NCBI GenBank assembly: GCA_965197475.1
Contig: CBDANF010000002.1
Location: 1,280,001 to 1,344,000, forward strand
From: Candidatus Poribacteria bacterium
GTDB lineage: Bacteria > Poribacteria > WGA-4E > WGA-3G
Direction of reading: 5' to 3'
DNA: 64,000 bases
The position numbers and the translations under genes are program-made. The notes below the pieces were generated by a model. It worked only from the letters and a program-made list of their open reading frames with translations. It made no database searches and was not told the origin of the DNA. Positions 55,565 to 64,000 of the stretch are shown here, one piece after another. The stretch's first letter is position 1; each line of letters opens with the position of its first letter.

Positions 55565-57013
55565 GTGACTGTGACAAAACAAATAAAGGAAAGCAAGATG
55601 ATGAGCAAATTCCTTTCATATACTGTGCTGCTTTATGGGGTAATTGCTTCACTGTTTAGTTTTTCGCTTCTACCAGATGGACACGCTGAACAGGACATCC
55701 AACGTGCCGTTACGCAATCGAGACGAACGGCAATCGTAACAGCAGTTGAACGGGCGAGTCCCGCGGTTGTCAATATAAGTGCGATACGGAGTGTGACGCA
55801 GCTTACATCCTTTGACGAATGGTTTTGGGGAGACGCACCCAGACGTTCCCTGCGTGAGGTCGGGTCAGGTGTAATTATCAATAAAGACGGTCATATCCTT
55901 ACGAACCATCACGTCATTGAAGAGGCTGAGAGGATCAAAGTTACCATCGCTGACGGGCGGGAACTTGATGCACAGATAATCGGATACGATTTCCTTTCTG
56001 ACCTCGCACTTTTAAAGGTCAATACTACAGAAACTCTACCTAAAATTAAGTGGGGGGATTCCGATAATTTACTCATTGGTGAATGGGCACTTGCAATCGG
56101 AAATCCTTTCGGACTCTCAATTGGCACGGCGCAACCTACGGTAACGGTTGGTATTGTCAGTGCAACGCAACGTTCTCTGACAGTAGACAACCGTTTCTAT
56201 GAAGCACTGATTCAGACAGATGCCTCTGTTAACCCTGGAAACAGCGGCGGAGCTCTGGTAAATGTACACGGCGAACTCATCGGTATAAACACCGTCATCC
56301 GTTCAACCAGTGGTGGGTCGCAAGGTGTTGGCTTTGCAATACCTGTGAACAAAACAAGAAAGGTAATCCAGCAGGTTCTTGAGCGCGGATGTGTTATTCC
56401 ACCCTACTTAGGGCTGGAAATACAGTCTGTAACTGAGGAGGTGGCGGAAAAACTTTTGGGAAGAGAGGCTTCACAAAACTCAGTCTTTTCTCGCGGGGTT
56501 TTAGTATCGGAACTGGAGAAACAGAGTCCTATTGGTACTGCTGGTATTAAACGAGGCGATATCATCTGGTCCGTCTCGGGACATCGGATAAAGGATGAAA
56601 CCGACTTTATGGCAGTTGTTCGCTTGCTTCCACTTAACCAATCTATTAAATGTGAATTCATCCGGCGTGGAAAAAAGAGAGAAACCACCTTGAAACTAAA
56701 GACGTTGGAATGGAAGTACACACCACGCGGTTGGGGATTGACCCTTACACAGCCTGACAAGGATAAAGCACAAAGATATAAACATCGCGGTGTCGTCATC
56801 TCACATATTGAAAAAGGAAGTGGATTGGCAGGAATTCTCAAGAAAGGGGATATCATCTATCAAATAAACGATATCACAATTTACACCCTCGAAATTTTTA
56901 AAATTGTGGACACACGAATCCGAACGCGGAACAGAATTCAACTCTACTTTGAGAGAGACGGTGTAACTGACAATATCCCTATCACTTTTAATAGGAACAA
57001 TCGCTGGAGATAA
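55565..57013 (+). CDS. HtrA/DegQ-family serine protease with PDZ domains
   Basis: GSGVI, TNHHV, DLALL, AIGNPFG, QTDASVNPGNSGG; start may be a few codons later. Confidence 0.93.
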   Translation: MTVTKQIKESKMMSKFLSYTVLLYGVIASLFSFSLLPDGHAEQDIQRAVTQSRRTAIVTAVERASPAVVNISAIRSVTQLTSFDEWFWGDAPRRSLREVGSGVIINKDGHILTNHHVIEEAERIKVTIADGRELDAQIIGYDFLSDLALLKVNTTETLPKIKWGDSDNLLIGEWALAIGNPFGLSIGTAQPTVTVGIVSATQRSLTVDNRFYEALIQTDASVNPGNSGGALVNVHGELIGINTVIRSTSGGSQGVGFAIPVNKTRKVIQQVLERGCVIPPYLGLEIQSVTEEVAEKLLGREASQNSVFSRGVLVSELEKQSPIGTAGIKRGDIIWSVSGHRIKDETDFMAVVRLLPLNQSIKCEFIRRGKKRETTLKLKTLEWKYTPRGWGLTLTQPDKDKAQRYKHRGVVISHIEKGSGLAGILKKGDIIYQINDITIYTLEIFKIVDTRIRTRNRIQLYFERDGVTDNIPITFNRNNRWR

Positions 57014-57136
57014 GTGTTTTAAGGGTAATAGAACGAACACGGAGAGGCCGCTGTTCAGTGGAAAATATAAAGGACAGAGATAGTACCTCAATCATCCGAA
57101 TATGATACTAATGTCATCAAACTACAACATTGGAGA

Positions 57137-57859
57137 ATGAAAATGAAATTGCAGCTACCCATACTCATTATCGTCTGTTTGTCCGTTGTATTGATTCTCA
57201 CCATCCATTTCTTGGGGGGCAAGAACACGCAATCCGCTGTAGAACCTATCAAGGAGAGCGAAGAGTTTAATGTAGTTCGGGATGATGCGGAGAACGCATA
57301 TAACGCACAAAATTTCAATCAAGCTATCGAACTTTATGAACAGGCATTAGAGTTACGCCCTGAAAATGCTGAAATATATAACGACCTTGGATCAGCTCAC
57401 TACGATCTCGGACTGAAATATTCAGGACCGAAATGGCCGTCATGGGAGATTCAGGACAAATCGATTGAAGGCGCGTCGGCAGAACTTGACCGTGCTATTC
57501 AAATAATAGAGTCTGGATATATCGTCTTGGAAACGAGTTCGTCTGAAATAGCAAAAGCAGTTGAAGAACATGCAAAGGCGAAAGGAGCTGCTGTTTTTCC
57601 TTACTTTGGAAACACCCAGACCACTCTCAATATTCTGATTGGTTCTACAAAAGATCATTTACTACAAGCGCATTGGTTATATCTTAAGTCAATAGAGTTT
57701 AAATCTATTTATGCCGCTCCATATCGCAATCTCGGTTCGCTTTATATGAAAATCGGTATTAGAGATAAGGCTATCAATTATTTGCAAGAAGCATACAAAC
57801 GTGAACCGAGTGATGAAAAACTCGCGGACTATCTGATCCAATTCAGAAGAGGATTTTAG
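57137..57859 (+). CDS. Membrane-anchored TPR protein
   Basis: N-terminal TM; AIELYEQALELRP, YNDLG, YRNLGSLY. Confidence 0.82.
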   Translation: MKMKLQLPILIIVCLSVVLILTIHFLGGKNTQSAVEPIKESEEFNVVRDDAENAYNAQNFNQAIELYEQALELRPENAEIYNDLGSAHYDLGLKYSGPKWPSWEIQDKSIEGASAELDRAIQIIESGYIVLETSSSEIAKAVEEHAKAKGAAVFPYFGNTQTTLNILIGSTKDHLLQAHWLYLKSIEFKSIYAAPYRNLGSLYMKIGIRDKAINYLQEAYKREPSDEKLADYLIQFRRGF

Positions 57860-58068
57860 CCGCTGACTCTTATAGTACGATTTTGTAAATACACCGGAAT
57901 TTAATACAATAAACTAACTGTATGCTTAATTGGCGAACGCAATAAACGTTCACCTTTTGAATAGCCAGTATTACACGAAATCGTAAATCTATACATTTGT
58001 GACCGATGTAGTTGAAACGAACATCACATCTCGTGTGAAGAATACCTGACATTTCTCACAATTGTTCG

Positions 58069-58157
58069 GCTCATGTAAAAAATAAGTGCAAATGAAACTT
58101 TTTACCCCTATGACCATTGACTTCGTGAAAACAAACGCACACACATTTTACATGAGT
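58069..58157. mobile_element. Copy of the GCTCATGTAAA MITE-like repeat
   Basis: Diverged reverse complement of 1559-1646. Confidence 0.72.
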
Positions 58158-58423
58158 GAAGTTTTTCTAATTCCTCTAAACCTAATAACATCAATACGAA
58201 ATACCTATAAAAAACCCATTTAATGGACAATTTATTCTATTTTGTATTGAAAATAAAGTGCTTTTTTCACATAATGGAGGTTTATCAATTAGTATTTTTT
58301 AGCATTTTCATAACCGCGTATTGAGAGACCATAGATAGATACTGATTTCTGAGTGCTTTTGAGAAATATCAGAATACTTACAATACATTACGGAGTCCGT
58401 GCTATAGATACAAAATAGCAATT

Positions 58424-61400
58424 ATGGAAAGTCTAACGCAAATACGTTGCGCAAATTGTGGTTTTATGAACCCAGCAGTCAAGTTTTGTGGGGACTGTGG
58501 TCGCACACTTGATGATACAAACACACCGCTCAGTGCAACTCCTATCAGCAAGGCAGAAAGACGACAACTGACAGTTCTGTTCTGTGATGTCATAGATTCA
58601 ACCGCCTTGACAGAACAATTGGATCCAGAGGATTTACGACAAGTGTTAGATGCCTATCGAGCATCTGTCGCTGCGGTTGTTTTAGAATACGATGGACACA
58701 TCGCGCGTTATTTTGGCGATGGTATCCTTGTTTACTTCGGGTATCCGAGCGCACATGAAGACGCAACACGTCGGGCTGTACAGGTAGCACTAGGCATTGT
58801 TGCCGGTTTAGAAGATCTGAATTCGCGTTTGATAGAGACATTTGGTATCCAGATACAGGTGCGCCTAAGTATTGACACTGGTTTGGTAGTTGTGTGGGAG
58901 GTAGGAATACCTACAGGTAAACCAGGTGACCACCTCTCTTCTCTGGAGCGTTACCACGGTGATGCGATAGACATTGTGGGAAAAACTCCAAATATCGCTG
59001 CCCGAATGCAGCAAGTTGCGCCTCCGAACGGTATCGTGATTGGTGACACCACGCTCAGGCTGATTGAAGGTTTTTTTACACATAAAGACTTGGGCACATT
59101 AGCACTGAAAGGAATTTCACAACCGGTTCCAATTTATCAGATACTCGGTGAACACCCGGATAGTGCGCTCCCCGCTTTCAGACGCGAGCAGGCTACGCTT
59201 CCGCTGCAAAGCAACGTAACTCCTTTAATTGGAAGAACCCGACAAGTTTCAACCCTAAAAACCCGTTGGAAGCACGCCGCAGCCTCATCAGGGCAAGTTA
59301 TATTGATTGAGGGTGAAGCAGGTATTGGCAAGTCACGCATTGTTACTGTTATTGCTGAACAAGCGGCTGAGGTTGATGCCCAAATTTTGGAGTGTCGTGG
59401 TTCACCAGATTCACAAAATAGTCCGCTCTATCCAATTCTGTCGCTCTTGCGACAACAACTCTTTCGGTTCGGTGAGATGGACACAGGAAATACACGACTG
59501 AAAAAACTGGAACAATTTTTAAATACACATGAATTCTCATTAAATCTACTCCCTCTTTTGGCAGAACTTTTAGAGATAGACGGTGACTACCGAACCCTGG
59601 AACTGAAACCGGAACAACGCCGCCGACGGACGTTACAAGCACTTGTGCAGATTTTCCTGAAAACTGCACAACGAAAATCGCTTTTATTGATTGCCGAAGA
59701 TTTACATTGGGCTGATCCGTCTACATTAGAGTTTCTACATCTGTTAATTTCTCGAATAGAAACCGCACCTATCCTTGCAATCTTGACTTCGCGGGCAGAA
59801 ATGGGTGTTAATCAGGATAGCACACAAGCTGAAGGTAGAGCGAAACTGAAAACGCTTGCCGAGTTAAAGTGGGTAACCCAAATGCCGTTGAAACGTTTAA
59901 ACCGAAGACAGGTGTCGCAAATGATTGCGGAGGTTGCGGGGGATCATCAGATACCTCCAGATGTATCTAAACAAATTGCAGCAAAAACAGAAGGCGTACC
60001 GTTGTTTGTAGAAGAATTAACGCGCATGGCACTCGAATCTGACCTGCCAAATATTGATGTTTCAACAGAGATACCGGCCACACTGCAAGCATCTTTGACG
60101 GCACGACTTGACCGACTTGGCTCGCGAAAAGAACTCGTTCAACTTGGGGCAACACTTGGTAGGGATTGGACAGCGGAACTTCTACATAAGGTTATCGTAA
60201 GTATGACTGAAGAACCTGATGCAGGTGAGTTTCTTGCACACCCTGACCAATTTGCGGCATTTCGCCCACTTCTAGACCAGAAAGATAATCTCACATGGCT
60301 CGAAAAAGAATTACAGCAGCTTGTTGAAGCAGAGATATTGAGGTGTCGACAAACTCATGAAAACAAACTAATTTATACTTTCAAGCATCCGTTGATCCGT
60401 GAGACCGCATATCAAGCATTACTCAAGAGTACGCGACACGCTTATCACCGCCGGATTGCAACCGTGTTACGGAAGTCATTCGGGGATGTCGTTCGGGCAC
60501 AACCGGAGTTGGTCGCATATCACTACACGGAGGGTGAGCTACCGGAGCGGGCTATTGAATTTTGGCAACAAGCAGGACAACGGGCGGTAGAACGATCTGC
60601 AAATGTTGAGGGGGTTCGTCATTTGACGCAGGGGTTAACTTTGTTAGAAACATTTCCTGAAACCTCCGCACGTGCAGCGCGCGAATTGGTAATTCAAACA
60701 ACATTGGGCCCCGCGCTCATCGCAACGATGGGTTATGCCGCACTTGAAGTAGAAAAAACATATACACGCGCAAAAGCACTGTTAGAAACGATGCCAAATA
60801 ACGAACGCATGCCCCTCCGATTCCCGATTTTGTTTGGATTATGGCTCACCTATTTAGTGCAAGCAAAGCTACAAACTGCCCGTGAACTCGGAGAACAGTG
60901 TCTTGTGATGGCACAACAACAAGCAAATACGGTGTTGGAAGTTGAAGCACACAGAGCATTAGGTGCCACACTTTTTTATCTCGGCGAGTTAAAAATGGCA
61001 CGCGCTCACGTTGAAGCGGGAATTTCACGCTATAACCCGCATCAACACCCTGTGCATGCTTTTTTTCATTATCTTGCTGACCCGGGGATGACCTTACACG
61101 CTTATGCTGCGCCGTTAGTGTGGTGTTTAGGATACCCCGAACAAGCCGTGGCACAACTTCAAGCATCACAGCAGATGGGTGAGGAACGCCCACATCCGTT
61201 TAGCCAAGTAGTTTCCTTACATTTTGGCGCACTGCTGTACCAATTACGCCGAGACGGGGACAAAGTAAATGCTTACGCTACAGAGCTACTCGCGATTTGC
61301 AAAGAACACGGTTTTTCTGTCTGGGAGCCAACGGGTAGAATAATGAAAGGGTGGGCACTTCAACAGAATTCTGAAGGTACACACGAAGAAGAAATAGCCT

Positions 61401-61933
61401 TAATTCGAGAGGGTATTGCCGGATGGGAATCCAACCGATCGCGTGTCCTACGACCTGTTTATTTGGGAATATTGGCACAAGCTTATGGACAGGCAGGAAA
61501 AGCTCAAGAAGGACTTCAGACAGTAGAAGAAGCATTAGCCGCTGTTGCTGAAAGTGGTGAACGCGCTAATGAAGCCGAACTCTATAGACTCAAAGGCGAA
61601 CTCCTGCTAAAATCGGACAAAGATGTTCTGTTAACTTGTGCGAATTCGTCTATAAAAACAGATGCGCAAAACAATTGTTCATCTGCACTTCAACGTGAGG
61701 CGGAAACTAATTTTGAGAAAGCGTTGACTATTGCACAACGCCAAGAAGCGAAATCATGGGAACTCCGAACCGCTATCAGTTTTAGCAAACTCATGATAGC
61801 ACAGAATCGACATGATGCCGCGCATAATTTACTTAAACCGATCTATGAGTGGTTCACAGAAGGATTTGAAACTGTTGACCTTGTAGAAGCGCGTGACTTA
61901 TTACAAATCTTAAGTGGAGAAAAAACGGAATGA
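58424..61933 (+). CDS. Class III adenylate/guanylate cyclase fused to a STAND-type ATPase and TPRs, with N-terminal zinc ribbon
   Basis: CANC..CGDC; ERRQLTVLFCD, YFGDG, NIAARMQ; GEAGIGKS, EDLHWAD; FKHPL; WELRTA..WFTEGF. Confidence 0.92.
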   Translation: MESLTQIRCANCGFMNPAVKFCGDCGRTLDDTNTPLSATPISKAERRQLTVLFCDVIDSTALTEQLDPEDLRQVLDAYRASVAAVVLEYDGHIARYFGDGILVYFGYPSAHEDATRRAVQVALGIVAGLEDLNSRLIETFGIQIQVRLSIDTGLVVVWEVGIPTGKPGDHLSSLERYHGDAIDIVGKTPNIAARMQQVAPPNGIVIGDTTLRLIEGFFTHKDLGTLALKGISQPVPIYQILGEHPDSALPAFRREQATLPLQSNVTPLIGRTRQVSTLKTRWKHAAASSGQVILIEGEAGIGKSRIVTVIAEQAAEVDAQILECRGSPDSQNSPLYPILSLLRQQLFRFGEMDTGNTRLKKLEQFLNTHEFSLNLLPLLAELLEIDGDYRTLELKPEQRRRRTLQALVQIFLKTAQRKSLLLIAEDLHWADPSTLEFLHLLISRIETAPILAILTSRAEMGVNQDSTQAEGRAKLKTLAELKWVTQMPLKRLNRRQVSQMIAEVAGDHQIPPDVSKQIAAKTEGVPLFVEELTRMALESDLPNIDVSTEIPATLQASLTARLDRLGSRKELVQLGATLGRDWTAELLHKVIVSMTEEPDAGEFLAHPDQFAAFRPLLDQKDNLTWLEKELQQLVEAEILRCRQTHENKLIYTFKHPLIRETAYQALLKSTRHAYHRRIATVLRKSFGDVVRAQPELVAYHYTEGELPERAIEFWQQAGQRAVERSANVEGVRHLTQGLTLLETFPETSARAARELVIQTTLGPALIATMGYAALEVEKTYTRAKALLETMPNNERMPLRFPILFGLWLTYLVQAKLQTARELGEQCLVMAQQQANTVLEVEAHRALGATLFYLGELKMARAHVEAGISRYNPHQHPVHAFFHYLADPGMTLHAYAAPLVWCLGYPEQAVAQLQASQQMGEERPHPFSQVVSLHFGALLYQLRRDGDKVNAYATELLAICKEHGFSVWEPTGRIMKGWALQQNSEGTHEEEIALIREGIAGWESNRSRVLRPVYLGILAQAYGQAGKAQEGLQTVEEALAAVAESGERANEAELYRLKGELLLKSDKDVLLTCANSSIKTDAQNNCSSALQREAETNFEKALTIAQRQEAKSWELRTAISFSKLMIAQNRHDAAHNLLKPIYEWFTEGFETVDLVEARDLLQILSGEKTE

Positions 61934-62790
61934 GACTTGGTATCGTTGGCATGTGCAGCGATTTCCGAACGCTGAATCAGGAAGAGATAGAAGCGATACA
62001 GAAATTGCAGTTTACTGGAGTGAGTTACCATTTCGCAAGTTCAAATATTCCGCTTGTTTCTCCAGATGAATGTACGCGATGTCGTTTTCTCCTTGAAAAA
62101 GCACAACTTGATCTGGTACAATTTGGTATCACTTATGGAGAGTGTCTATTTGATCCGCGTCCCTCAGGACGTGAAGCATCAATTGAGGCAGTGAATTGTG
62201 GGATGCCAGTGGCGCGTGAACTTGGCGCATTTTTCTACCTATTCCGACCAGGCAGTCTAAATCCGGACGGGGCATGGACATCCCATAGAGACAATCATCT
62301 GCCTGAATCGATGGAACGATTAATTGAAACGCTGAAACCCATCGCTGAAAATGCTGAACGCGAAGGTCTCACACTTGTGATGGAAACACACGCGATTTCT
62401 ATTATGGATTCGCCTGAGACATGTAGAGAAGTTGTTGAAAAAGTTGGTTCCGACCGGCTCCGCATCGTTATGGATTTTGTAAACCATTTTCAATCCCTGC
62501 GTCAGGTTTATGAAAGCGAAGCGAGACTCAACCATATTTTTGATGTGATGGGACCGATTGCACCTATGGCACATATTAAGGACATTCGTGTTGAAAATGG
62601 GTTAGTTTTACACCTTAATGAGGAAGTGCCCGGCGAGGGAGAATTAGAGTTAAGCGTGGCTTTAAAGCTGTTTGACGCTCTCCATCCGAATGGCTACGGG
62701 TTAATAGAACATCTGCCGTTGGAGAAAATTCCGCTTGCCAATACAAATGTCCGCAAAATTGCGGCTGAAAATGGGGTTAATATCTATTAA
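61930..62790 (+). CDS. Sugar phosphate isomerase/epimerase (xylose isomerase-like TIM barrel)
   Basis: LVMETH, MDFVN, AHIKD, PGEGEL, LIEH; ATGA overlap with the cyclase. Confidence 0.88.
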   Translation: MRLGIVGMCSDFRTLNQEEIEAIQKLQFTGVSYHFASSNIPLVSPDECTRCRFLLEKAQLDLVQFGITYGECLFDPRPSGREASIEAVNCGMPVARELGAFFYLFRPGSLNPDGAWTSHRDNHLPESMERLIETLKPIAENAEREGLTLVMETHAISIMDSPETCREVVEKVGSDRLRIVMDFVNHFQSLRQVYESEARLNHIFDVMGPIAPMAHIKDIRVENGLVLHLNEEVPGEGELELSVALKLFDALHPNGYGLIEHLPLEKIPLANTNVRKIAAENGVNIY

Positions 62791-62806
62791 TTGGAGGATT
62801 CGCATC

Positions 62807-64000
62807 ATGTTAAAGAAAAGACAAATAATATTGCTAATTCTCGTTTTAGGGATGATGTTTGCAGCTTACTCAGCGATAGGTCAGGAGGAAAATATCGTCG
62901 AAGAGTTGCAGGGTGGTGCCAAAAGTTTTTGGGATAGGATTAAGCTGCCCGTTATTGCCGCCGTTTTGATGTTTGTTTTCCAGGGTATTATTTATATTAT
63001 CGGCTTGTTTAAGAAAGACAGACTACTTAAAACAATTATGAACAAGTACGTAGTCTTTGATATGCAAGAAGGTCCACGCTACCAAGGCACGATGCGCTTC
63101 GGGAATAAAGGAACGGAAATTGTTTCCGAAGAATCCCGGCAACGCGGACAAGCACCAAGTTACATTTTCCCCAGTGACGAGCTGCAGAAGAAAGTTAGAG
63201 GGTATATCCGATACATTGACACGATGAATGAACGCGAAAGACGTGAGCGCGCGTGGGAACTTGAACGACTGCTTAATCCACCGTTATCTCAACGAATGGT
63301 CCGAAAAATCAGAAATATATTCTTTGCTCTGAATGAGGCAGTCAAAAACGCTATTAATATGGTATGGGGTGGAATCAGACGAGCAGCGAACCCTTTGCAA
63401 CAACAGATGAAACGTCTTGATACTGCTACCTCAGAACTTGGCGGGCAAAGCGGAGCAGGCGCAATGTCGTCAGCAATGGGTCAGATGGAAAGCGAATCTA
63501 AAGCATTCTTGAAGGAAGAAAGTTATGATAGTATCGTTGAACGACTTGTAGGAACACGTGTCAAAATTAGAGTAAAGGGTTCAGGCGAATATATGGCACT
63601 ACTCAAAGATTACAATAAAGAACACATGTCGTTCATGAATGTAAAAGATAAGAATAATAACGGTTACAAAGATCAATGGGGTTACGAGCACGAATACAAA
63701 CACGATATCAACAACTTTAATCGACGCGATGATCGAGGACTCAGATGTCGCATGGTAGAGGATGATAGTAAATACTTTTTAGTCTTCGAAAATAATACTG
63801 CTTATGCTATTCAGATTGGCAAGATCACGTTACATGATGGATCACCGGCATGGGATAGGAATCTTGAATTTAAGTGGCACATTGAACCACTCAGCGTCAG
63901 GAGAATCCGCCTCAATCCAGTATCACAACATAAAGTGGCTCCTTTCGATCGAGTCTCAATCCCTGAACATAGGACTCCAAGAAACTTTAAGAAGATAAAA
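62807..64000 (+). CDS. Hypothetical membrane protein, 3'-truncated, absent from the ORF track
   Basis: GGAGG RBS, ATG 62807, MLKKRQIILLILVLGMMFAAYSAIGQEE...; by my reading open to the window end (about 398 aa) with a signal peptide and one TM segment. Confidence 0.8.
   Translation, partial: MLKKRQIILLILVLGMMFAAYSAIGQEENIVEELQGGAKSFWDRIKLPVIAAVLMFVFQGIIYIIGLFKKDRLLKTIMNKYVVFDMQEGPRYQGTMRFGNKGTEIVSEESRQRGQAPSYIFPSDELQKKVRGYIRYIDTMNERERRERAWELERLLNPPLSQRMVRKIRNIFFALNEAVKNAINMVWGGIRRAANPLQQQMKRLDTATSELGGQSGAGAMSSAMGQMESESKAFLKEESYDSIVERLVGTRVKIRVKGSGEYMALLKDYNKEHMSFMNVKDKNNNGYKDQWGYEHEYKHDINNFNRRDDRGLRCRMVEDDSKYFLVFENNTAYAIQIGKITLHDGSPAWDRNLEFKWHIEPLSVRRIRLNPVSQHKVAPFDRVSIPEHRTPRNFKKIK

Overview
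Bacterial chromosomal window of moderately low GC with about 50 protein-coding genes and no rRNA, tRNA, CRISPR array or intact transposase. The gene content resembles Candidatus Poribacteria (sponge symbionts); this is an inference from gene families only: many secreted LamG paralogs, PhyH-family dioxygenases, WD40/LRR/TPR proteins with cohesin, dockerin and FlgD-like tails, an FG-GAP/ASPIC protein and an AAA-nuclease. Housekeeping genes are hisZ-hisG-hisS, tatA, trxB and moaC. Highlights: (1) a two-gene surface operon in which a cohesin-Spondin_N protein lies next to a Reeler-like(CxxCH)-18x Ig-like repeat-dockerin giant, which could assemble an F-spondin-like complex through cellulosome-type docking; (2) a shared C-terminal P-x-x-K-x-x-x-x-W-[GA]-x-[IL]-K tail on six secreted proteins, a candidate undescribed sorting signal; (3) a His-rich leader peptide and attenuator before hisZ; (4) an Rpn-family gene with an internal RBS and start, flanked by a duplicated trxB 3' end; (5) a consensus promoter-RBS-ATG-C16 cassette suggesting phase variation; (6) several nested MITE/REP families; (7) three genes interrupted only by in-frame transition-type stop codons.
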